A DNA stretch of 64,000 nucleotides, taken from NCBI GenBank assembly GCA_039591075.1, contig JBDHEI010000004.1, forward strand, positions 120,302 through 184,301. Direction: 5' to 3'. The DNA comes from Gemmatimonadota bacterium (GTDB lineage: Bacteria; Gemmatimonadota; Gemmatimonadetes; Gemmatimonadales; GWC2-71-9). This document shows positions 53,334 through 62,004 of the stretch, in pieces (within the stretch, counting starts at the first letter, position 1; every line of letters starts with the position of its first letter). Position numbers and translations under genes: made by a program. The notes beneath the pieces were generated by a model. The model saw nothing but the letters and a program-made list of their open reading frames with translations, was not told the DNA's origin and did not search any database.

Positions 53334-55136
53334 CTACTTCATGACATAAATCAGATTCAGGCCGAGCGAGGTCAATACCAATTCACCCTCGGTGTCTCGG
53401 CCCCGTATGGTGGTCACATACGCAGCGAGGCGGATCCTGTCGTTCTCGATTGTCGCCCGCATGACGGCAGGCGGAATACGTGTGTCCGCGCCCGGTTGGG
53501 CACGGTATGCCTGGGCACTGTCGACGATCGGTCGTAGGGGAATCTCGGCGACGAGCGCATCGCCTGCTGAGAGCCGAAGCGTAACGGACGCGGAGTCGTA
53601 GCGAAGCAGGAGCCCGTCATCGATGACGGCCGAATCCCGTTGCAATCCCTCGCCAGCCCAAGCATAGTCGAAGCCCGCGATCGGAACCGGCGTGCCCTCC
53701 CTCGCGGTATACGAAAACACCCCGGGGCGTCTCGCCTCGCGCTCTCCGACGTAGCCCACGCCCATGTGGGTTACCAAGAGCCGAGCCCGCTCATCGGCTT
53801 CGCGCTGGGGTGAGGGTCCCGTTCCCTCTCCGATGGTGTCGATGGTGGACAACGAACCCCCAAACCAGTCTGCGACTGCTGCGGTGCCGTGTGTACCGAC
53901 GAGGTAGCGCAAGATCGCGCCGATCTCCCGGCGGTCGTCGAGGGAGGGCACCACGGCTGCCTGTCGAATCGTTCCGTTTTGCAGGATCTCGCTCGCAGTG
54001 AGAATACGCTCCAGTCGACGAACCTGGCTCGCCTCGGACATCCGGTAAGCCCCCCACGGGCCGGCGAACGTCACGAGTGCCACCACACACAGCGACGCGG
54101 GGATGACACGAATGTCGCGGGACCGCCGGATGGCATAGTAGACCGCGATTGCCGCGAGCCAGATGGACAACACGGCGAGGAAATATCGCCGTTCGGTGAT
54201 CCCGTACTGATCGATGCGTTGCCAGATGGCGAGCCACAGCATCACGACCGGCGGGAGTAGCGTGATGTAGAACGCACGGGCGTAGGTTCGGATCCAGCGG
54301 TTTTCCACGCGTTCGGCTACTGGGTGGACGAGGAGGAGAGAGAAGATGCCGACGGCGGCCACGCTCGATACCAGCCAACCGATCCAGCCGCTCGGCCACA
54401 CCGTCGTCACGATGATCTTCCCGAGGTAGGTAGTCAGAATGAGAAGGTAGACCACGACGATGGGGATCAGCACATACTGCGCGAACACTTTGAGCCCCAT
54501 GGGATAGTCCGAACGCTGCTCCAGTGCCGGAAGGTTCTGGGGAACGCCGCCGAGAAAAAACCACGTGTTGAACAGGAAGGCGATCATGATCCAGAGGCGA
54601 AAATAGGCCTCGTCCGCCACCTCGAGGCCGAACAGGTTGTCTATGGCGGCGAGCGCGATGGCCAGGCCGGCATAGAGCACCGCGGAATACAGGCCCGCCA
54701 TGAGAAACCGGAGGAACAGCGACTTGTTGTATTCCCAAAACCCCTGGAGCTCCCGCACGCCGATGAACGGGGCCACGGAAACCAGGAGATGCAAGCCGGC
54801 GCTGAGCTGGATGTAGCGTCCCACGGCCACTGGCTCGGACCAGTCGAGCCAGAGCAGATAGAACCCGACGAGCCCCGCGGTGCCGAGTGCCCAGAGCGCA
54901 CTCCGTGGGCCGATCGACCACCGGCGCCGCTCGGCGAGCAGGTCGACCGCGAGGAAGAACGGCATGCCCAGCGCGGCGGTGCCGACCACCCGACCCCAGA
55001 GCTCCTCGTCGACGGCGTCGTACGTCGCGATCACCCCTGCGACAGCCGCGACAACAGCAGCGAGCAGAACCATCGGGAATCGCCGCAGCGTAGCTCGGAT
55101 GGCTGAAACGAGCGCGTCGAGCGATGGCAGTTTCAT
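53334..55136 (-). CDS. DUF4153-like polytopic membrane protein
   Basis: ATG 55136 (MKLPSLDALVSAIRATLRRFPMVLLAAVVAAV...). About 10 TM segments in the N-terminal two-thirds, then a soluble C-terminal domain. Confidence 0.75.
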   Translation of the reverse strand: MKLPSLDALVSAIRATLRRFPMVLLAAVVAAVAGVIATYDAVDEELWGRVVGTAALGMPFFLAVDLLAERRRWSIGPRSALWALGTAGLVGFYLLWLDWSEPVAVGRYIQLSAGLHLLVSVAPFIGVRELQGFWEYNKSLFLRFLMAGLYSAVLYAGLAIALAAIDNLFGLEVADEAYFRLWIMIAFLFNTWFFLGGVPQNLPALEQRSDYPMGLKVFAQYVLIPIVVVYLLILTTYLGKIIVTTVWPSGWIGWLVSSVAAVGIFSLLLVHPVAERVENRWIRTYARAFYITLLPPVVMLWLAIWQRIDQYGITERRYFLAVLSIWLAAIAVYYAIRRSRDIRVIPASLCVVALVTFAGPWGAYRMSEASQVRRLERILTASEILQNGTIRQAAVVPSLDDRREIGAILRYLVGTHGTAAVADWFGGSLSTIDTIGEGTGPSPQREADERARLLVTHMGVGYVGEREARRPGVFSYTAREGTPVPIAGFDYAWAGEGLQRDSAVIDDGLLLRYDSASVTLRLSAGDALVAEIPLRPIVDSAQAYRAQPGADTRIPPAVMRATIENDRIRLAAYVTTIRGRDTEGELVLTSLGLNLIYVMK

Positions 55137-55445
55137 TCCGTCACCTCGAGAGAAACAGTGAAAGCCATGGTGCAAAGCCACCCGCGTGGTATGGAATCAC
55201 GGTCACCATCTCCTGCGGCAACGATCCTTGTTCGAGACCCGACGCCAACTGGTCGAGGAGCGACTCGGCTGCCGCCGTTACACCCCAGAGGGAGGGGCTG
55301 GGCCAGCGCAACGGCTGGGAGGAACGCATGGCGACGCATAGTGGACTCCTCCAAGCATGGTGTCGTGCATGCTCGCCTCAAGCTGTTGGCAAACCGAATC
55401 TGTCGCAAGGAGAGCGTCGGACGATTCGATGGCAAGATGAAAGAA

Positions 55446-55473
55446 GGGCTGCCCCGACGAGTCGGTGCAGCCC
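55446..55473 (-). terminator. Rho-independent terminator of the cold-shock gene
   Basis: GGGCTGC...GCAGCCC stem with an inner CCGAC/GTCGG extension. On the minus strand it is followed by TTCTTTCATCTT. Confidence 0.7.
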
Positions 55474-55510
55474 TCCCAATGCTTCGGTGCCCGTGAGGGC
55501 GCGTCAGCAG

Positions 55511-55720
55511 CTACTGAATGACGGTAACGTTCTCCGCCGCAGGACCCTTCTGGCCCTGCACAACGTCGAACTCCACCTTCTCGCCCTCACGCAGGGACTT
55601 GAAACCACTTCCCTGGATCGCGCTGTGATGGACGAAGCAATCCTTCTCGCCGTCGTCCCGGGTCAAGAAGCCGAAGCCCTTGCTGTCGTTGAACCACTTC
55701 ACGGTTCCGGTCGTACGCAT
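55511..55720 (-). CDS. Cold-shock protein (CspA family)
   Basis: 69 aa. [15 protein letters not shown] (RNP1) and FVHHSAI (RNP2). Confidence 0.95.
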   Translation of the reverse strand: MRTTGTVKWFNDSKGFGFLTRDDGEKDCFVHHSAIQGSGFKSLREGEKVEFDVVQGQKGPAAENVTVIQ

Positions 55721-55990
55721 GTGCCGTACTCCTTTTGGTGATGTTGATGTTCGTCGGAGTGCGGCGCTGCCGTACTCACCGATCGCTCATCACTGTTCGC
55801 GGTCACTTGGCCCCCGCGTTGGGCTGCCGTCTGGATGAAGGCGGTTAACCACCACCCGTACCGGCGTTATCGCTCTTACCAACCAAAATGGGACCTGCGC
55901 ACTTCGCCCAGGTCCCCACGTTGTGTTCACTGGTCAGTCAGCAAGCCATTTCTCGCGTACCATATCGCACCGCAAAAGTAACGCGCGCAA
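55721..55990 (-). promoter_or_regulatory. Long leader/promoter region of the cold-shock gene
   Basis: About 300 nt without a credible ORF between csp (start 55720) and the next upstream gene (stop 56025). RBS AAAGGAG is upstream of the ATG. A weak -35/-10 candidate (TTGCGC...TATGGT) lies near 55965-56000. Confidence 0.4.
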
Positions 55991-56024
55991 TCCCGGAGCG
56001 CCAGGGGCAATCTCCGCAAGCGGC

Positions 56025-56246
56025 CTAGGGCTCCTGGGCCAGCGAGTCTAGGAGTGCTTTCCGGGCCGCGGCGGAATCCGCGACTTCGAGGGCCCGCTGT
56101 ACACCCTCGGCGCCGGGCAGGCTGGAGGCGCCGAGCACGCTGTCCCGCGCGCGTGCGGATTTCGGGTCCTGGTCCCGGCCGGCGGTGTCCGGCGAGGAGC
56201 ATCCGAGGGCGAGAAACAGGAGACCGGCAACAACCACGATGCGCAT
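56025..56246 (-). CDS. Small lipoprotein (73 aa), function unknown
   Basis: MRIVVVAGLLFLALGC lipobox. The upstream extension to 56462 overlaps the previous gene. Confidence 0.6.
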   Translation of the reverse strand: MRIVVVAGLLFLALGCSSPDTAGRDQDPKSARARDSVLGASSLPGAEGVQRALEVADSAAARKALLDSLAQEP

Positions 56247-56347
56247 CGGATCCTCCCAGTGTGACGACGAGACCAAAGGTGGTCGCCAAGGTGGGGAGGC
56301 CAGGATCGAGAGGCAAGGTCCTAGCTCACACGTCGTGCGCCGCGAGG

Positions 56348-57565
56348 TCACCCGACAGGCTCGAGACCCAGCGCACCGGCATATCGGTCGAGCGCGGTGT
56401 GTGCGGCCTCCCCGTCCTCGGCCTGGGCCGGACGGGCGGTCCCCGTGCCCTCGAAGCGACACGACAGGACCCGGAGCGTCCCGTCTTTCCGGTGGGCCTT
56501 GAGGTCGAAACGGGCCACGAGGCGCTCACCCGCGAGCACAGGGAGGCAGTAATAGCCGTATGTGCGTCTCGCCGCAGGCTTGAAGATCTCGAGCACCTGA
56601 TCGAAGCCGAAGAGGCGCGAGACACGAGCACGATCCCAGAGGATGGGATCGAACGGTGACAGGAGTACGCCGCGGTCGGCGCGAGGGCGCAGCCTCGCGA
56701 GCCGCGCGGCAAGCTCGCGGTCGTCGGGGCGGATCCATCCGGGTGTCGGCCGCCCCTTCGGGCTCTCGAGCACGCAGGGGCCGATCGCTCCTCTGGCCGC
56801 GAGCCGGTCGAGCGTGGATTCGATCTCCGGCTTTCGGTTGGCCAGTCGCCAGGTCGACGCAATCGTTCCCGCAGTTGCCCACCCATGGCCCTCGAGGGCC
56901 TTGAGCAGAAGAACCTCGAGCCCGTCTCGCTTGTGGAGTGGATGCGCGCGGATCGCTTGGGGGATCACGCGTTCGGCGAGGTCGTAGGTCCGTTGGAAGC
57001 TCCGCCGTTCCCGGATGGCCCACTCGCCACTCGACCAGAGGGCCGAGGCCACCTGTTTGGCGATCTTGATATCCCACCAGCCCCGGCTTCCCCGACCTTC
57101 CATGTCCACAGAGCGGAGAGGCCCTTCAATTCGAATGCGGCGACGGAGTGTGCGTGCCACCTGGGGGTGCTCCCCAACCACGTCTCCCCACCACGGATGG
57201 TGTCGGAATTCCCGTCGGCGAAACTCGAACGCCGGGTACAGGTCGAGCGGAATCCAGCTGGCCTCATGGCCCCAGTACTCGAACAGCGGTGCACCCGGTT
57301 GGAGCAATTGCTCGGCGAGTTCCGGATCGAAGCCGCGGAGCCGCGAGAGGAGAACAATGGCGTGGCTGCGGGCGCCCGCGATCGACACGGTATCGAGTTG
57401 GAGGTAGCCGAAGCGCGCGATGACTGCGGCGGCCGCTGCCCGTGCCCGCACGCCGCGCCCGGCTGCGCGGTGAGGGAATCCCGTCCACGATGGCTTGAGG
57501 AGTCCGGCGCGGGCCAGGGCGAGGCGCCGGGCTTCACGAACCGTCAGGATCTCCATGCCCTTCAC
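56348..57565 (-). CDS. Winged-helix DNA glycosylase family protein (YcaQ/AlkZ-like, DUF1006)
   Basis: About 402-405 aa. N-terminus LTVREARRLALARAGLL. Blocks GYLQLDTVS, FEYWGHEASWIP and YYCLPVL. Confidence 0.8.
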   Translation of the reverse strand: MKGMEILTVREARRLALARAGLLKPSWTGFPHRAAGRGVRARAAAAAVIARFGYLQLDTVSIAGARSHAIVLLSRLRGFDPELAEQLLQPGAPLFEYWGHEASWIPLDLYPAFEFRRREFRHHPWWGDVVGEHPQVARTLRRRIRIEGPLRSVDMEGRGSRGWWDIKIAKQVASALWSSGEWAIRERRSFQRTYDLAERVIPQAIRAHPLHKRDGLEVLLLKALEGHGWATAGTIASTWRLANRKPEIESTLDRLAARGAIGPCVLESPKGRPTPGWIRPDDRELAARLARLRPRADRGVLLSPFDPILWDRARVSRLFGFDQVLEIFKPAARRTYGYYCLPVLAGERLVARFDLKAHRKDGTLRVLSCRFEGTGTARPAQAEDGEAAHTALDRYAGALGLEPVG

Positions 57566-57583
57566 GATCGCGCGACGATGGAG

Positions 57584-58051
57584 TCAGGCCAGCTGTCGAA
57601 GATCGTCCGCCGTGACGGTCCGCGCCCGGGCAAACCCGCCCACGTAGCGCCCCGTCGTAAATCGCAGGCGATAGAGGTTGAAGTCACCGAGCGTGAACGT
57701 CGGCACACTTGACGGAAATCGCTCCACATAGCGGCGCCGCCCCTGCGCGTAGGCTTCGGTCTCGCGCTCGATTGTCTCGACGGTTCCCTGGAGGGTGATC
57801 CGCTCGACTTGCAGGGGATCGGCGTCCGGTTGATCCGGTCGGTGAATCAGAGTGCTGAACGCCGCCCCGCTGACGAGGCCCTTGGTGTGACGGGCCAGCC
57901 CCGACGCGTGCACGACGGCGGCCGTGTAGTCCGGCGTGATGACGTACGGCAACAGGCCGACGTATGGCTCGCCGTCGAGGAGCACGCCGAGCGCGAGGAC
58001 ACGCGTGCCGGCAAACAGGTCGCGGAGTTTCTGGGCGTCGTTGGATGTCAT
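57584..58051 (-). CDS. Pyridoxamine 5'-phosphate oxidase-like (split-barrel FMN-binding/HugZ-like) protein
   Basis: ATG 58051 (MTSNDAQKLRDLFAGTRVLALGVLLDGEPYVGLLPYV...). C-terminal GDFNLYRL...GRYVGGFARA. Confidence 0.7.
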   Translation of the reverse strand: MTSNDAQKLRDLFAGTRVLALGVLLDGEPYVGLLPYVITPDYTAAVVHASGLARHTKGLVSGAAFSTLIHRPDQPDADPLQVERITLQGTVETIERETEAYAQGRRRYVERFPSSVPTFTLGDFNLYRLRFTTGRYVGGFARARTVTADDLRQLA

Positions 58052-58070
58052 ATGCTCCCTGCCGAGGCGG

Positions 58071-58532
58071 CTATCGATACACACGGTCCCCATAGCGGAC
58101 CCACCCTCCAGGGTGGCGTCCGTCGGGGTCGTCATGAGTCCAATGGATCACCCCGCCTTGCGGGTTCCACTCGCATTCGCCACGAAGCTCGACGGAATCG
58201 CCGACGGCAAGCGGAACGCGTGGGGCGAGGTCGATGTTGTGGGCCACGAGGACAGTCATCGATCCTTGGACCCGAACGATGAAGCGTTGGTGCCGGCTCC
58301 CCTCGCGGTCGTCCGAGAGCAGCCGCTCGACGCGGCCGGCAGTTTCCACGGGAACGCCGGATTGGCGGGCCTGGAAGGCCTCTGCAACCTGGCCGGTTGG
58401 CCTGTCGGGTAGCCAGCCGGAGATGGCGGAGCCCGGTGCTCCGCCCTCCGGCCGGGCGAGGTACAGGTAGACGCCCGTCGACACAACGATCGCGAGAATG
58501 ATGAGCTGGGCGCTGCGCGATGCCGTTCGCAC
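58071..58532 (-). CDS. DUF3465 family protein
   Basis: N-terminal TM/signal anchor. HQRFIVRVQGSMTVLVAHNIDLAPRVP...GECEWNPQGGVIHWTHDDPDGRHPGGW. Confidence 0.8.
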   Translation of the reverse strand: MRTASRSAQLIILAIVVSTGVYLYLARPEGGAPGSAISGWLPDRPTGQVAEAFQARQSGVPVETAGRVERLLSDDREGSRHQRFIVRVQGSMTVLVAHNIDLAPRVPLAVGDSVELRGECEWNPQGGVIHWTHDDPDGRHPGGWVRYGDRVYR

Positions 58533-58587
58533 GAGGCTTCCGCGGAAGAGATGCGGTGTCGACGGGCGTGACGGGTTCCTCTACCGT

Positions 58588-59076
58588 CTACATTGCGCCT
58601 TCGGGACTCGGCAGCGGCAGATCTGAGTTGAAGATGTCGAGTGCGACCTTCCAGGTGCCGTCGCCCTGTCGCTTCCAGATCTCGATGTACTTCCCGCTAT
58701 CCTGGAACGGTTCGCCACCCTCAGGCGACAAGGTCATCGAATATGTCCCATGGACATAGGCGACATCACCGGCCCCACCGACCTCGACCTGCCGGAATTC
58801 CACCTCGCTCATGGGCGGGAGCATCGCGTGAAACGCAGCGATATCCTGGGTGCCCTGAACGGGTGGGCCGTTGGGTGGGAGGAAGGTCGCGTCCGGGGCG
58901 TAGTAGTGCTCGACGTAGGTGATCCACTCCGCTCCCGCATTGGCCAGCTCGACGGCATGGTCGGTCGCCGTTTGCAAGGCGGCGCGGTCTGTGTCGGTGA
59001 GCGTGATGGGTGCCGGCTGACACGCCCCAATCGCCAGGAGCAGCGCCGCAGTGGCGGGAATCCCAGAGGTTCGCAT
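58588..59076 (-). CDS. NTF2-like (SnoaL/DUF4440) lipoprotein
   Basis: ATG 59076 preceded by AAGGAGA. Lipobox LLLAIGAC. GKYIEIWKRQGDGTWKVALDIFNSD. Confidence 0.75.
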   Translation of the reverse strand: MRTSGIPATAALLLAIGACQPAPITLTDTDRAALQTATDHAVELANAGAEWITYVEHYYAPDATFLPPNGPPVQGTQDIAAFHAMLPPMSEVEFRQVEVGGAGDVAYVHGTYSMTLSPEGGEPFQDSGKYIEIWKRQGDGTWKVALDIFNSDLPLPSPEGAM

Positions 59077-59275
59077 GGGGTCTCCTTTTCGTTTGCTCGA
59101 TCCAGGAACGTCGGGGCCCGCTTCGGCGTGAGCCCACAGATTGAAGCCGGGACGGGCCCGTGGAGTATGTCGAGAGAAGATGCGGTGGGGCGGCACCGTG
59201 TCCAGGCACCGGCCTGCGTTGCCGGGACTGTCCCTGTGGTGAGCGTCCGTGGTGCACGGTGCGTCCCTGAATGCC

Positions 59276-59305
59276 AACGGGCCAGCCGTGACTGGCTGGC
59301 CCGTT
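59276..59305 (-). terminator. Hairpin downstream of the FmdB-family gene
   Basis: 12-bp perfect stem AACGGGCCAGCC / GGCTGGCCCGTT with a 6-nt loop. No U-tract. Confidence 0.55.
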
Positions 59306-59381
59306 GAGTGGTTGCTTCGCGTAGCGGTGCGTGCTGCGGGCGCCGATTCCCGCCCAGACCTGGGCGGCGGCGTCAGATCCC

Positions 59382-59600
59382 TCAGCCGAAACCGCTGGTT
59401 CCGCAGCCGGTGGAGGTGCTCGCAGCCCCGCCACCGCCACGTGATCCCGTGAGCACGTTCACGGCGCGAAAGCTCCGGTCGGCGCTGTGCGATCCGCAGC
59501 GGGTACAGGTTGGAGTCACCCCCTCCGTATACGCCGCAATCGACAGGCGAATCGCGAACATGTGGCCGCAATCCTGGCAGATGTAGTCGTATGTCGGCAC
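59382..59600 (-). CDS. FmdB-family zinc-ribbon protein
   Basis: (M)PTYDYICQDCGHMF...PTCTRCGS (CxxC...CxxC), with a Gly/Ser-rich tail. GTG start at 59600. Confidence 0.85.
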   Translation of the reverse strand: MPTYDYICQDCGHMFAIRLSIAAYTEGVTPTCTRCGSHSADRSFRAVNVLTGSRGGGGAASTSTGCGTSGFG

Positions 59601-59614
59601 GTCTTCCCGTCCAT

Positions 59615-59657
59615 CAATACACGTATTGCAATATACATATGTTCTGGCCGTTGTCCA
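59615..59657 (-). promoter_or_regulatory. Sigma-70-like promoter with an overlapping 6-2-6 inverted repeat, upstream of the FmdB-family gene
   Basis: On the minus strand: TGGACA (59657-59652), 16-nt spacer, TATATT (59635-59630), then CAATAC-GT-GTATTG (59628-59615). Confidence 0.5.
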
Positions 59658-59808
59658 CCCCCGCCTGCCCGCCTCCTAGAGCTATCATCCCACAGTTCCC
59701 AGGCGGTACGTATGCTGCTGTTCCACCCTCCTGGGCGTGATGTGGCCGGGAGCACATTGAGAGAGACCCCATGTACTCCCGCCCAAGCAAGCGCTGTGGG
59801 CGAGGCGT

Positions 59809-60384
59809 CTACGCCGGCCAGAGCCAGCCGAACGTACCGGCCGTGAGGAGCGCGTAGACCAGTCCATCGAACGTCGACTTGAGCGTCGAGCTCCAGGCAC
59901 GCTTGTACCAGATAGAGTTCTGCCAGAGCGCCACACTGTAGCCGATGAAGGCCGTGGCGCCCACGAACCGGAACACGGACATGTAAGGTGGGTTGGGCCC
60001 GAGAGCCCGAGTGGCGATGTACGCCGCGAAGATCCCGACGATCACGCAGTAGATGAACCACTGCACCAGCTGGCCGCCCATCTTGGGCATGCCATTGGGC
60101 ATCACGGTCATGAAGGCGACCGGGCCCTTGTTCACCTTATCGACGAACGCCGGATCCTTCATCTCTGCGGAGCTGCTGGAGTGCGGGAAGACGTACTCGC
60201 CGGGCGGAATGCTCAGCGGACGGAGCGCGTCCATCACCTTGTCCTCGCTCGGCAGCTTGGCAAAATCCGACCGGTGGTACGTCAGCACCATGTGGATGAT
60301 CGAGCTCGCCACGAACACGATTACGGCAGAGAGCACGATTGGGATCCATAGAGAGACGAGCGAAACCTGCGATACCATTGTCAA
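59809..60384 (-). CDS. Hypothetical membrane protein (4 TM)
   Basis: 191 aa with hydrophobic segments at both ends and a soluble middle (..PPGEYVFPHSSSSAEMKDPAFVDKVNKGP..). Confidence 0.65.
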   Translation of the reverse strand: MTMVSQVSLVSLWIPIVLSAVIVFVASSIIHMVLTYHRSDFAKLPSEDKVMDALRPLSIPPGEYVFPHSSSSAEMKDPAFVDKVNKGPVAFMTVMPNGMPKMGGQLVQWFIYCVIVGIFAAYIATRALGPNPPYMSVFRFVGATAFIGYSVALWQNSIWYKRAWSSTLKSTFDGLVYALLTAGTFGWLWPA

Positions 60385-60457
60385 CCTCCTGAAACGGGTG
60401 CCAAGTGTGTTGCGACCGCTCGCGAGCCGATGCGAGCCAGGGAGGGGCCTTGAAAGG

Positions 60458-60931
60458 TCAATCTGGGGTCACGAGGGACCGTTCGTAGTCGCGGACGACC
60501 ATGCGACGGCCCCGCATGTCGATACGGTGGCCTTCGGCCTCGAGCCGCCGTTTCTGGTCCCGCAAACCTCCGGGATATTTCGGGTTCACCTCGCCACCGG
60601 TCTTGAGCGTCCGCCAGTAGGGGGTGACGCGCCGCTTGCCCTCTGCCTCGTCCTCGCCCGCAGCGCCGGCGGCGATCCGGGCCAGGATGCCCGTGGTGAT
60701 GGGACAGCCGAGCGTCGCACCGTGCCGCCGCGCGACGATGTCACGAATCTGGTTGATCGTGATGAGCTTTCCTTTTGGCACCTTCCGCATGATCTCGTCG
60801 ACCTCCCGAGGGGCTGGGATGACCATCGTCCCGTCACCCCACTGCCTGGTCATTCCCTTCGGGATTCGCTCCACGCGCGGCAGGTCTTTTTGATCTGCCA
60901 GCTTCTCGCGGAAGGTCTTCCGTCGTCTCAT
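60458..60931 (-). CDS. MGMT-fold (methyltransferase DNA-binding domain) family protein lacking the acceptor Cys
   Basis: ATG 60931 (MRRRKTFREKL...). Contains TINQIRDIVARRHGATLGCPITTGI and VTPYWRTLKTGGEVNPKYPGG, where PCHRV would sit. Confidence 0.7.
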   Translation of the reverse strand: MRRRKTFREKLADQKDLPRVERIPKGMTRQWGDGTMVIPAPREVDEIMRKVPKGKLITINQIRDIVARRHGATLGCPITTGILARIAAGAAGEDEAEGKRRVTPYWRTLKTGGEVNPKYPGGLRDQKRRLEAEGHRIDMRGRRMVVRDYERSLVTPD

Positions 60932-61102
60932 GAGGGGTCGGGCTCGTACCGTGCCGGACGGGTGGTCGCTAAGCTGCACGAGAAGTCACGATGGGGCAAG
61001 ACTGCCCGCCGGCCTGTCGTCGTTTCGTCGACTGCTGTCATATGATCTCTGCACACGGGGCACTAACACGATAGCGACCCGCCCAGCACTCAACGGAGCC
61101 GC

Positions 61103-61621
61103 ATGCACCGACCGGACCTGGAGGCCGAACTCGAACGCCATCACCGTGCGGCCTTTGGCTGGGCACTGAGTTGTTGTGGGTGGGACCGAACCCAGGCGGA
61201 AGACGTGCTCCAGACGAGCTACCTCAAGGTGCTGGAGGGCCGCGCAACCTTTGGAGGCCGATCCGCGTTCCGGACCTGGCTGTTCGGGGTCATTCGACGC
61301 ACGGCCCTGGAGCAGAGCCGACGCCGCGCTCTCCTGCGACTGGTTCCGTTGGGTACCGTGGCTGGTCCCAACGAGCCGCGTGCCGCCGGGCACGACCCGG
61401 TCGCAGCGCTGGAACACGGCGAAACGACACGGCAACTCATGGCGGCCCTCGAGTTCTTACCCGGGCGCCAACGCGAGGTACTGCACCTGGTCTTCTACGA
61501 GGACATGAGTATCAGCCAAGCAGCAGAGGTGCTCGGCCTCGGCGTCGGGACCGCACGAACCCACTACGAGCGTGGCAAGCGACGGCTGCGCGAGCTACTC
61601 GGCGGGAGAGGGGAACTGTGA
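61103..61621 (+). CDS. ECF-type RNA polymerase sigma factor
   Basis: 172 aa with region 2 (..AEDVLQTSYLKV..) and region 4 (..MSISQAAEVLGLGVGTARTHYERGKRRL). Confidence 0.9.
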   Translation: MHRPDLEAELERHHRAAFGWALSCCGWDRTQAEDVLQTSYLKVLEGRATFGGRSAFRTWLFGVIRRTALEQSRRRALLRLVPLGTVAGPNEPRAAGHDPVAALEHGETTRQLMAALEFLPGRQREVLHLVFYEDMSISQAAEVLGLGVGTARTHYERGKRRLRELLGGRGEL

Positions 61622-61629
61622 CCCAAGAT

Positions 61630-62004
61630 ATGAATGACAACGATCTGCGAGATCGGTTCCGGGTCTTGCAGTCCGAGGTCGAACGAACGGCACCGCCGTA
61701 TCGACGCCCGGCCAACCGGCCTGCACGGGTGCGACTCGCGCCGGCATGGCTCGCCGCCGCGGCGCTCGCGACGCTCGTGGCCGGCGCGGTCTGGATTGCC
61801 ACACGAAACGGAACACCTCCGCCCCAGACGCTCGTGGGCCTGGATGCGACGTGGTGGGTTACCCCGACCGATTTCCTGCTGACGACGCCCGGGACCGATC
61901 TGCTGCGCTCCGTGCCGACGCTCGGCGTCACCGAGGGTGCTGCGGACGACGCTTCTCAAGCGGTCAACGATACCGCAGAACTCACCGAAAGGACCAGATC
62001 ATGA
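61630..62004 (+). CDS. Putative anti-sigma factor / single-pass membrane protein
   Basis: ATG 61630, 9 nt after the sigma stop. One TM segment (LAPAWLAAAALATLVAGAVWIA). No zf-HC2 motif. The upstream part of ORF 61171.. is another frame of the sigma gene. Confidence 0.6.
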   Translation: MNDNDLRDRFRVLQSEVERTAPPYRRPANRPARVRLAPAWLAAAALATLVAGAVWIATRNGTPPPQTLVGLDATWWVTPTDFLLTTPGTDLLRSVPTLGVTEGAADDASQAVNDTAELTERTRS

